DNA of 64,000 bases from NCBI GenBank assembly GCA_017541035.1, contig JAFXZW010000023.1, forward strand, positions 116 to 64,115, written 5' to 3'. Within the stretch, counting starts at the first letter, position 1; each line of letters starts with the position of its first letter. Both the position numbers and the translations under genes were made by a program. This DNA comes from Eubacterium sp. (GTDB lineage: Bacteria > Bacillota > Clostridia > Lachnospirales > Lachnospiraceae). Shown one piece after another: positions 48,823 to 57,541 of this stretch. Below the pieces are notes generated by a model. It was not told the origin of the DNA and searched no databases. It worked only from the letters and a program-made list of their open reading frames with translations.

Positions 48823-49359
48823 ACAGTTTTCCTCGCTTTTTCAAAAACGGATCGCGCTGCTCATTTTTACAGCATTCATGGATATTCTAAAATCAAACAA
48901 CGCAAACCGCAGTATAGATATTGGACATTTCTTGCAGTCCTGAAATGTATTTCGAATTTCTACTCTCAAATCTCCGGGTAGGATTCAGTTCTGCACAAGT
49001 AAAACGTTCATATTCCCATGTTTTCATCTTCTATATTTCACTATACGCTTTTCCCGGGATTTTCGTCAACAAAAAAGTGAGCTGCGATGACTACATTTTG
49101 AGCCACCCAGTGATGACTTGAAAGTGAGTCACCCTACTTTCTGAATCGTTCCGTTTTTGATAACCGGCAGGGATCCCCATTCAAAAAACTGTAAGAGGTT
49201 TGTAAGAGTGGATGTGTTATCCTGTGATCAGAACAAGGGAAAACCTTAGAAAAATGGATTTGGAAAATGAGCTTAGGGAATAAATTAGAAAATATCATGT
49301 TCATCCCACAGGGAAAAACAGAGCAAACATTTTATGATTGATGAAGGGAGGACAAGAAT

Positions 49360-50793
49360 ATGAGAAAGAATACGATTAAGATCAGAGCACTTGCAATCGC
49401 CCTTGGTGCAGCAGCATTGTTTACCGTAACCGGTCCGGCATTCGGAGGGAACGGATTTCAGGTGGAAGCAGCCACAAATAAAGAGGAGTCTGAAAGAAAA
49501 GAGTGGATCAGACAGGAAAAGAAGATCATGAAGGTAACCTACGAAAGTATCCTGGACGGACTTCTGATCGCCTTCCCGAATCTCAAGGTCCTCGGCCCAG
49601 CGCTGAAGTATTTTGGTAATCTGTTCTTCGATCAGGGCGGAGAAACCGTGAACTCCAATGTGGAAATCATGAAGCGTCTGGAGCAGCTGGAAGCTGAGCT
49701 CCAAAGGCATGTTCAGGAGCTTCAGGCCGGCACCTACAATGCGATCCAGCTCAGTAATATCGGTGATAAGTACAATACCCTGGAAGACAAGGCAGCAACC
49801 ATTCGTACAAGGATCGCTAATTATGAGCGGAACACTGCCCTTTCAGCAGAGGAAAGACAGAAAATGATCGCCGATCTCTATACGGAAAGCGAGTTCCAGA
49901 GTCTGGAATCGGCCATGAACGGAGCTACCCGTTGCTTTACCGGCAGGGCCAACGACATCTTTGAGAATCAGAGCATTTTCGAAGCGGCATACGAAAGAGC
50001 CTGCCGGGAGGTTATGTTCTCCGGAGAGGCCATCGACCTTTCTGCCCCCTATATCTTCCGCCAGCTGAATAATTATATCGCCGCCTATGCGGTTATGGCA
50101 GAGGTATATAACGCTTATGAGGCCGTTTACGGCGAGGGGACCCTGGACCAGAGCATAGAAACCATGTACCGCAGGCTCATCGGCTGCGATCTGGAAGGAA
50201 ACAGGGTTGAAACCTCCGTGATCGAGCGCTGCGAAGAATATCTTTCCGGTGACCGGTTCATCTTCGTTGGGAAGAGCACCACAACGAAGATCAAACTGGA
50301 TCAGACCATGACCATGGTGGATCAGTTCAACACCAGCGGGATCATCAAGGATCCGAAGCACTATGGAAGCTGGGTTGAGACGCCGTCCTATATGAAGAAC
50401 ATGCCCCTCAGCAACGGTGAGGTTAATGCACTGCGGGAGTACTGCATTGAGCGGAAGGTTACGATCTTCGACCTGCTTCTGAATCGTGTAGGCTTTCAGA
50501 TCCAAACCCGGAGACACCTGGGGAAAAATAAGGTGGTAAGCTGCTGGGAATGCCATAGCGGTGTTTATAAGCCGAAGGGAATGGTTTATCTGGCAGCAGG
50601 TGCGCAGGAACTGGAGAAGCATCGTCCGGGTGGCGGCAGGTGCTGGGTAACCTACCAGGCAGTGGATCTCACGGGAGCACTTCCGGGGCAGATCCCCATG
50701 ATGGTTACGGAAGCCAGAGTGGAGGCACACGGAGTGATGTGTGAAAATGTGGTATACGGTTCCCCCTACCTGGTATTCTTCCGGAATCGGTAA
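49360..50793 (+). CDS. Secreted hypothetical protein with helical/coiled-coil N-terminal half
   Basis: GAAGGGAGG RBS; Sec-type signal peptide; 477-aa ORF; downstream stem-loop. Confidence 0.8.
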   Translation: MRKNTIKIRALAIALGAAALFTVTGPAFGGNGFQVEAATNKEESERKEWIRQEKKIMKVTYESILDGLLIAFPNLKVLGPALKYFGNLFFDQGGETVNSNVEIMKRLEQLEAELQRHVQELQAGTYNAIQLSNIGDKYNTLEDKAATIRTRIANYERNTALSAEERQKMIADLYTESEFQSLESAMNGATRCFTGRANDIFENQSIFEAAYERACREVMFSGEAIDLSAPYIFRQLNNYIAAYAVMAEVYNAYEAVYGEGTLDQSIETMYRRLIGCDLEGNRVETSVIERCEEYLSGDRFIFVGKSTTTKIKLDQTMTMVDQFNTSGIIKDPKHYGSWVETPSYMKNMPLSNGEVNALREYCIERKVTIFDLLLNRVGFQIQTRRHLGKNKVVSCWECHSGVYKPKGMVYLAAGAQELEKHRPGGGRCWVTYQAVDLTGALPGQIPMMVTEARVEAHGVMCENVVYGSPYLVFFRNR

Positions 50794-50826
50794 GCTGTAG
50801 ACAGTGCATTACAAAATCTTCCCACT

Positions 50827-50903
50827 TGTCATTCTGAGCGAAGCGAAGAATCTTATCGTGGTAAAAGATCCTTCGGGCACGGGTGTGCCCCCTCAGGATG
50901 ACA
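50827..50903. repeat. Complete GTCAT-type REP-like element (family A)
   Basis: TGTCATTCTGAG...CTCAGGATGACA terminal inverted repeat with GCGAAGCGAAGAATCT/AGATCCTTCG core. Confidence 0.8.
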
Positions 50904-50953
50904 CGTGATACCTTGATTTGAAGGTAATGTGGAATGTTTTTGCACACTACATA

Positions 50954-51000
50954 AAAAGAGGACAACACATGAGATAAGCTCTGTAAAGTTGTCCTCTTTT
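50954..51000. terminator. Stem-loop / probable terminator
   Basis: AAAAGAGGACAAC ... GTTGTCCTCTTTT. Confidence 0.55.
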
Positions 51001-51041
51001 CCTGTATAATCAAAAGAAAGAATCTACTGCGGGTGGTACAA

Positions 51042-52823
51042 ATGGGAGGAACAAAGAAAAACAGGAAAATACTGTTACAGCTGGCAGTGATCATACTTCC
51101 GCTGTTTCTGCTGATGACAACAGCCATCGTGTGGACGGTTTATAACAGTACACTCAATGGTTTTCTTGAAGCGCAGAACAGTCATATTGAAGAAATCCTG
51201 TCTGATCCCGAAAACCATTTTGAATTCATGAATGAGAAGAATTACGGAGAGGATATCCGTGAATGGTATATCGAGCAGCTGGAAAAAGGAACGGCCGGGG
51301 ATTACAGTGAAGAATTATCGGAAGAGGAGCTGCTCCGTGTCCTGGAGTATGAAACCCGTAAGGATAGTTTTGAATATGAATGGTATGTCAACATGCCGGA
51401 GGATGTAAGAGATATCTATATGAAACAGTATCTCTACAATACATCGAACCATGTCTCAGACACCATTAATACGGGAAATATCGACAGTCTGTTTTTTATG
51501 GATCTGACCGGGGATTCCCTGGGAACCGTCCTTTTTGAATGCAATAAAGATGGGACCGGCAGGAAGCCCGGAGAAGCCTTTGATCTGGATCTGTCAGAGC
51601 ATCCGGCGCTTCGGGAGCTTTTGGACAATGGAAGAGGGGAGATCGTATTTGAAAGGACCTCGGATTTCCCTGCAGCAGGAAACTATTACATCGGCTATAA
51701 GCCGGTGGTGATCGGCGGGAAGGTGCGGGCAGTCATCGGGGTTTCCTACCGGTGGGACATATTCCGTGACTCGCTTGCAGGGACGATAAGAAAAGCTCTG
51801 ATCATCTGCGTCGCAGGGATCGCCATAGTTCTGGCGGTGCTGCTGATCTTCCTTTATCGAAACGCTGTCAGTCCTGCTACAAAAATGCAGAAAGCGGTCC
51901 TGGAGTATACCGGTGACAAGGACAGTGCGAAGATCGTCGGAAAGATGTACAAGATCAGAGTAAAGAATGAGCTGGGATACCTTTCGGATGTCATTGCTGA
52001 TCTGGCCATGGAGATCGATCATTATACGAGAGAAAATATCCGTATCGCCGGCGAACGGGAAAGGGCAGAAAAGGAACGCTTTGAGGCAGAGGTTCAGGTC
52101 ATGGTCTCACAGATCCGGCCTCATTTTGTATATAATACACTGTCCTCCATTGCGATCCTCTGTGACATAGATCCCCAAACAGCCAAAGAAGCTGCCATCA
52201 CCTTTGCCAAGTACCTCAGGGCGAATATGGATGCGTTGAAACAAAAGGCACCGGTGCCCTTCACGGTGGAGCTTGAGCATCTTAAGAATTATCTTTATAT
52301 CGAAAAGCTGCGGTTTGCCGATGCGTTGAACGTGGAGTATGATATCCAAACCACGGATTTTGAACTTCCGATCCTCTCCATCCAGCCGTTGGCGGAAAAT
52401 GCGGTGAAGCACGGGGTGGGAATGAAGAAATACGGAGGAACCGTGAAGATATCCACCAGGGAAACCGATCGTGCTTATGAGGTTGTGGTTTCCGATGACG
52501 GCGTGGGCTTCGACCCGGAAGAGGCTCGTAAAAGGCAGGAGACGAAGAGTGACGGTAAATCCCATGTAGGAATGGAGAATACCAGGAAACGCCTTAAGGA
52601 GATGTGCGGCGCAGATATTGTGATCGAAAGCCGCATCGGTGAAGGAACCACCGCGCGGGTGATCCTTCCGAAGGACACTGCAGGAGAAAACCCGATGAAT
52701 GGCCCGGCGGAAAACCCGGTGAACGGCCCGGCGGAAACCCCAATGAATGGCCCGGCGGAAACCCCGGTGAACGGTCCGGCGGAAACCCTGATGAATGGCC
52801 CAGGTGGAAAAGGCGATGAATGA
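51042..52823 (+). CDS. Sensor histidine kinase (LytS/YesM-type)
   Basis: Two TM segments, HAMP-like region, SQIRPHFVYNTL, QPLAENAVKHG, DDGVGF. Confidence 0.9.
   Translation: MGGTKKNRKILLQLAVIILPLFLLMTTAIVWTVYNSTLNGFLEAQNSHIEEILSDPENHFEFMNEKNYGEDIREWYIEQLEKGTAGDYSEELSEEELLRVLEYETRKDSFEYEWYVNMPEDVRDIYMKQYLYNTSNHVSDTINTGNIDSLFFMDLTGDSLGTVLFECNKDGTGRKPGEAFDLDLSEHPALRELLDNGRGEIVFERTSDFPAAGNYYIGYKPVVIGGKVRAVIGVSYRWDIFRDSLAGTIRKALIICVAGIAIVLAVLLIFLYRNAVSPATKMQKAVLEYTGDKDSAKIVGKMYKIRVKNELGYLSDVIADLAMEIDHYTRENIRIAGERERAEKERFEAEVQVMVSQIRPHFVYNTLSSIAILCDIDPQTAKEAAITFAKYLRANMDALKQKAPVPFTVELEHLKNYLYIEKLRFADALNVEYDIQTTDFELPILSIQPLAENAVKHGVGMKKYGGTVKISTRETDRAYEVVVSDDGVGFDPEEARKRQETKSDGKSHVGMENTRKRLKEMCGADIVIESRIGEGTTARVILPKDTAGENPMNGPAENPVNGPAETPMNGPAETPVNGPAETLMNGPGGKGDE
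52686..52805 (+). repeat. In-frame 24-bp tandem repeat x5 (E[N/T]P[M/V]NGPA)
   Basis: Units at 52686, 52710, 52734, 52758 and 52782. Confidence 0.92.
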
Positions 52824-52886
52824 TCCGGCGAATCATCCGGTGAAATAACCGATGAATAATCCTGTGGAAAAGGAGGAGAATATCCC

Positions 52887-53660
52887 ATGAGAATGCTATG
52901 TGTAGACGATGAACCCCTTATGCTGATCATGCTGGAAAAGGCGGTAAGGGAAGCCGCACCGGATGCAGATATCTCTGCCTTCCGTTATCAGGAAGACCTC
53001 CTGGAGGACGCAAAGAAAAACGGCTGTGACGTGGCATTTCTCGATATTCATATGCGGGGTATGAACGGTGTGGAGCTGGCAAAGGAACTGAAGGCGGTCA
53101 ATCCGAAGATGAACATCATCTTTGTTACCGGTTTCTCGGAGTATACAGGAGATGCCATGAAACTGCATGCCAGCGGATATATCATGAAGCCGGTAACCGC
53201 GGCGGAAGTAAAAAGAGAACTCTCGGATCTCCGTTTTCCCGTTGTCCCCAAAAAGGATGCCCTTCTTCGTGTGCAGTGCTTCGGAAACTTTGACGTATTC
53301 CTGCCCAGCGGAGAGCATATGCATTTCGAACGAAGCCGGTCGAAGGAAATCTTTGCCTATCTGGTTCACAAATGCGGCAGCTCCTGCACCATAAAAGAGA
53401 TCGCAGCGGCACTGTTTGAAGATGAGATGTACGATCAGAAACAGCTGAACTATATGCAGCAGCTGACACATTCGTTGATGAAAAGCCTTCGGGCCGTAGG
53501 TGCAGAGGCAACCGTTGTAAAGAGTTTTAATTCACTTGCGGTGAATCCAGACCTTCTGGATTGCGATTACTACCGGTTTAAGGAGCTGGATTCCGGGGCG
53601 GTGAATTCTTACGAGAATGAATACATGAGCCAGTATTATTGGGCGGATTTTTTCATTTGA
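52887..53660 (+). CDS. Response regulator with SARP-like winged-helix output
   Basis: CVDDE, FLDIHM, KP; CFGNFDVF...RSRSKEIFAYLV. Confidence 0.88.
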   Translation: MRMLCVDDEPLMLIMLEKAVREAAPDADISAFRYQEDLLEDAKKNGCDVAFLDIHMRGMNGVELAKELKAVNPKMNIIFVTGFSEYTGDAMKLHASGYIMKPVTAAEVKRELSDLRFPVVPKKDALLRVQCFGNFDVFLPSGEHMHFERSRSKEIFAYLVHKCGSSCTIKEIAAALFEDEMYDQKQLNYMQQLTHSLMKSLRAVGAEATVVKSFNSLAVNPDLLDCDYYRFKELDSGAVNSYENEYMSQYYWADFFI

Positions 53661-53696
53661 TCGATACAACGCTTTCCTTATTCCGGATTTTAGGTA

Positions 53697-54524
53697 TTAC
53701 ATCTCCGGAGCAGTGTCAATATATTTCTTTCTAAGAATTTCAAAATCATCTTCCGTAAGTCCCAGGGCTTTTGTCAGATATCCTTCCGCCCCATTATATT
53801 TTTCTTCCAGTACTTCAAATGCTCTTATAAGATATCCTTCTATGGCTCCGCCCGAAGCAAAAACCATAGCATCGATCTTTTCCGGAGCCGTCTCAAGCTC
53901 TTTTAAGCGACTTCTGATCGGTTCAATAACCTTTGCATTATATGCATTTGTCATCAGATAGTCTTCGAATATGGTTTCTTTGGACGCACCAAGCGCAACC
54001 AAAAGTAATGCGGAAGCAAGCCCTGTTCTGTCCTTTCCGTCGGTACAATGCCAGAGAACGGCACCTTCTTCCGGATTGAGAAGTATTTCAAAGAACGATC
54101 TGTAGGCTTTGATTCCTCTTTCGCCAAGCAAAAAGAAAGGATATACCTCCGGTCCGATGAGACCATGCTGATAGGCAACATCGATCATTTCATCCCGTCC
54201 CATCTGTTGGGACATATAACGCTTCGCAAGCTGCGGATCGCCCAACTGTTGTAAATAATCCTCAAACTCTATGACGGGAAGATGGATATTCCGAGCTCCA
54301 TGTACTTCGGGATCAGGGCTTGCATTCCTTTCCCCATCCATACGAAAATCGACAATTGCACGAACCTTGTAGCTCTTTTCCAGTTTCTCCACCATCTCAG
54401 GGGCTTTGCCAAGTGTTCCGGCTCTCAGTAACACACCCTTTTTGATCCGTCCTCCATTCACGGCAAATCCGCCGAGTTCTCTGGCATTTTTCGCACCGGG
54501 GAGTTCAATTGCATTTTTAACCAT
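53697..54524 (-). CDS. Tyrosine/serine protein phosphatase (CX5R)
   Basis: NARELGG, HCTDGKDRTG, EDYLMTN; GAGGT RBS before ATG 54524. Confidence 0.88.
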   Translation of the reverse strand: MVKNAIELPGAKNARELGGFAVNGGRIKKGVLLRAGTLGKAPEMVEKLEKSYKVRAIVDFRMDGERNASPDPEVHGARNIHLPVIEFEDYLQQLGDPQLAKRYMSQQMGRDEMIDVAYQHGLIGPEVYPFFLLGERGIKAYRSFFEILLNPEEGAVLWHCTDGKDRTGLASALLLVALGASKETIFEDYLMTNAYNAKVIEPIRSRLKELETAPEKIDAMVFASGGAIEGYLIRAFEVLEEKYNGAEGYLTKALGLTEDDFEILRKKYIDTAPEM

Positions 54525-54840
54525 CGTAATACCTCTTACTTCAACCATTCAACAGCGCTAGCCTCCCTTCAAAAGATTAATCGCCAATTTGATTCAAGTA
54601 TATCAAACTCAATATAACAAAAGAACAACATTTTTTTGCAATTTGCAAGCAGCCCATTCGAGAAGGCATGAAAAAGATAATAAAAACATGATTCCTATAT
54701 AAGAGGCTGCGCGGAGTGTGTATAATAGAGGTGTGTTTTTAGATTCGTGAATGAATTGAAGAATACGTGAATAGTTACGAAGAGGGTTTTATAGATTCAC
54801 TGAAAAAGGTAAACGGGGCAGCAAAAAAGGAGGCGGAAAG

Positions 54841-57540
54841 ATGGCAATACGGTTTTCCGGAAAGGACGAGTCCTTCATTCTTCCCTCGGCGGAGAATACA
54901 AATTATCTTTATTTTCCGATCGCGGGTGAGGCAGGTCTGAAGGCGTGTGTTACACCGAATCTCGGTGGAGATTCGAAGCTGGATCAGGAACATTTTGTAC
55001 TGGAGCCGGTGAGTGTTGAGAATCTGCATAACAATAAAAACACGCGGAATTTCTGGCTGAACTTCGGTGAAGGACGTGTATGGTCCGCTGTGGGAAGCTC
55101 TGCCGGACAGGAAGCGGAGCGATTTACCGAATCTCAGGAGGAAAGCCGGGTTGAGGGAGGATTTCTCTGGCATAAGGCAATCAGAGAGTCCGGGAAATAT
55201 GGCATATTTGCGGAGGTAACATCCTTCGTACCGGTTGATGCAAATGTAGAGATCATGAGGGTGAGACTTTGGAACACATCCGAACAGGCGGTGACATTTA
55301 CTCCGGTTGCTGTGATCCCGCTTTACGGCCGGTCGGCGGATAATCTCCGGGATCACAGGAATGTAACCTCCATGCTCCACCGTGTGAGGGTAACGGAGGA
55401 AGGCGTACAGGTGAAACCCACTATGTCCTTTGATGAAAAGGGGCATCGTCTGAACCGGATGATTTACTATGTCCACGGATCCGAAGGAAATGGAGAAAAA
55501 GCGGAAAGCTTCTTCCCCACCACCGAAAGTCTGATCGGAGAAGGCGGAAGCTTCCTCCGTCCGGAAGCTGTCATCCTGGATAAACCCGGCATGCCGGCGG
55601 GAACCTCGATTGACGGACGAGAAGCCGTGGGAGGCATAAAGTTCCGGAAGATCACTCTTTCTCCAAAGGAAGAGTGTACCTATATTCTCCGGATCGGTGC
55701 GGAAGAGGATGAAGATAAGATTAGGGAAGCGGATGCGGCTTACCGCACAGATGCAGATGTGATCGCAGCTCGCATAAAGACCGGGGAGTACTGGAAAAAT
55801 AAGGTAAATGTACATTTTCACACCGGAGATCCGGATTTTGATCATTTCATGTCCTGGGTATCCTTCCAACCCTTCCTTCGCAGGATATACGGATGTTCCT
55901 TCCTGCCATACCATGATTATGGACGCGGCGGAAGAGGATGGCGGGATCTGTGGCAGGATTGTCTGTCCCTGCTATTTATGGAACCGGACGATGTCCGGAA
56001 GATGATCGTGGCGAATTTCGGAGGCGTGCGGGCAGATGGAACCAACGCCACCATTATCGGTGACGGGATCGGGAATTTCATTGCGGATAGAAACGGAATC
56101 GCCCGGGTATGGATGGATCACGCTTTCTGGCCATTCCGGACGCTGAAGCTTTATATCGATCAGACCGGGGATATCGGAATCCTGGACGAAGCGGCAGGGT
56201 ATTTTAAGGATCCGCAGGCGAGCCGGGCAACGGCAATCGACGGGGACTGGAAGCCGGAAGACGGAAACCGGTTGAAGACGGCAGACGGCCGGGTTTATCA
56301 GGGAAGCATTATCGAACATCTTCTGATCGAAACTCTCACAGCATTCTGCGAGGTGGGAGAACACGGGATCATCCGTCTCCGTGGCGCGGATTGGAACGAT
56401 GCACTGGATATGGCTGCAAAGCGCGGTGAAAGCGTGGCCTTTACCTTCGCCTATGCCATGAATCTGGCGGAGATTGCCGATACTCTCGAAGAGTACAAGG
56501 CTTATTCGGGAAAAGCTGCGGTATCTGTGGCAAAGGAACTGAAGCCCCTGCTGGAAATGGATGAAAGCCTGTATGGAGATGCGGAGAAAAAGCGGGATGC
56601 ATTATCTGCTTACTGTGACAGCTGTGTGCGGAATGTCTCCGGGGATCAGGCAGAGATTCCCATTGATCAGATCATCGAAAAGCTGCGGAAAATGGCCATC
56701 TGGCAGAAGGACTTCCTTCGCGGGCAGGAGTGGATCGATGGTGCGGAGGGTGAAGGCTGGTTTAACAGCTACTATGATGATCATGCAAATGCGGTGGAGC
56801 GATATACGGAATCCGAAGAGGATGTACGGATGATGCTCACCGGCCAGGTTTTTGCAATCATGAGCGGTACGGCAGAGGATTCCGAGGTTGCGAAGATCGC
56901 AAAGGCAGCGGATCATTACCTCTATCGGAAAGAGATCGGCGGTTACCGACTGAATACGGATTTCAGAGAATTGAAAATGGATATGGGCAGAATGTTCGGC
57001 TTCTCCTATGGTGAGAAGGAGAACGGTGCGGTCTTCTCTCATATGGCGGTGATGTACGGAAATGCACTTTACAGCCGGGGATTTGCAAAGGAAGGATATA
57101 AGGTTCTCAAGTCCCTTTCGGATACCTCCCTGGATTTTGAGGTGAGCCGTATGTACCCGGGTATCCCCGAGTATTTCAATATCGACGGAAGGGGAATGTA
57201 CCCGTACCTGACCGGAGCCGCTTCCTGGTACATGATGACCATGATCCTGGAGGTTTACGGTGTACGCGGAAAGAACGGAGATCTTCTCTTCAATCCCCGT
57301 ATTCTGGCAGAGCAGTTTGATGAAAAAAGAGAAGCAGCCATAGAGCTTTTCTTTGCCGGAAAGCCGCTTCGTGTGATCTTCCGGAATCCGAAGGGCCTGG
57401 AATACGGAAGCTATCGCGTAGGCAGTATAACAGTAAATGGAAAATGTATGGCGGGTGAACCGGCAATGATCAGCCGTGAAGTGATCAAAGATTTTGGGGA
57501 CGATGTAACGGAAATTATCATAGCATTGGAGGAGAAGTAA
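54841..57540 (+). CDS. GH94 phosphorylase, laminaribiose-phosphorylase-like
   Basis: YLYFP, GRSADNLRDHR, PYHDYGRGGRGWRDLWQDCL, ADRN, GADWND match the Paenibacillus laminaribiose phosphorylase as I recall it; needs BLAST confirmation. Confidence 0.85.
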   Translation: MAIRFSGKDESFILPSAENTNYLYFPIAGEAGLKACVTPNLGGDSKLDQEHFVLEPVSVENLHNNKNTRNFWLNFGEGRVWSAVGSSAGQEAERFTESQEESRVEGGFLWHKAIRESGKYGIFAEVTSFVPVDANVEIMRVRLWNTSEQAVTFTPVAVIPLYGRSADNLRDHRNVTSMLHRVRVTEEGVQVKPTMSFDEKGHRLNRMIYYVHGSEGNGEKAESFFPTTESLIGEGGSFLRPEAVILDKPGMPAGTSIDGREAVGGIKFRKITLSPKEECTYILRIGAEEDEDKIREADAAYRTDADVIAARIKTGEYWKNKVNVHFHTGDPDFDHFMSWVSFQPFLRRIYGCSFLPYHDYGRGGRGWRDLWQDCLSLLFMEPDDVRKMIVANFGGVRADGTNATIIGDGIGNFIADRNGIARVWMDHAFWPFRTLKLYIDQTGDIGILDEAAGYFKDPQASRATAIDGDWKPEDGNRLKTADGRVYQGSIIEHLLIETLTAFCEVGEHGIIRLRGADWNDALDMAAKRGESVAFTFAYAMNLAEIADTLEEYKAYSGKAAVSVAKELKPLLEMDESLYGDAEKKRDALSAYCDSCVRNVSGDQAEIPIDQIIEKLRKMAIWQKDFLRGQEWIDGAEGEGWFNSYYDDHANAVERYTESEEDVRMMLTGQVFAIMSGTAEDSEVAKIAKAADHYLYRKEIGGYRLNTDFRELKMDMGRMFGFSYGEKENGAVFSHMAVMYGNALYSRGFAKEGYKVLKSLSDTSLDFEVSRMYPGIPEYFNIDGRGMYPYLTGAASWYMMTMILEVYGVRGKNGDLLFNPRILAEQFDEKREAAIELFFAGKPLRVIFRNPKGLEYGSYRVGSITVNGKCMAGEPAMISREVIKDFGDDVTEIIIALEEK

Positions 57541-57541
57541 A

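Noticed and set aside
49130-49210. c-di-AMP (ydaO) riboswitch upstream of the secreted protein
   Set aside because: Only CTGAATC resembles the consensus; the other conserved blocks are missing.
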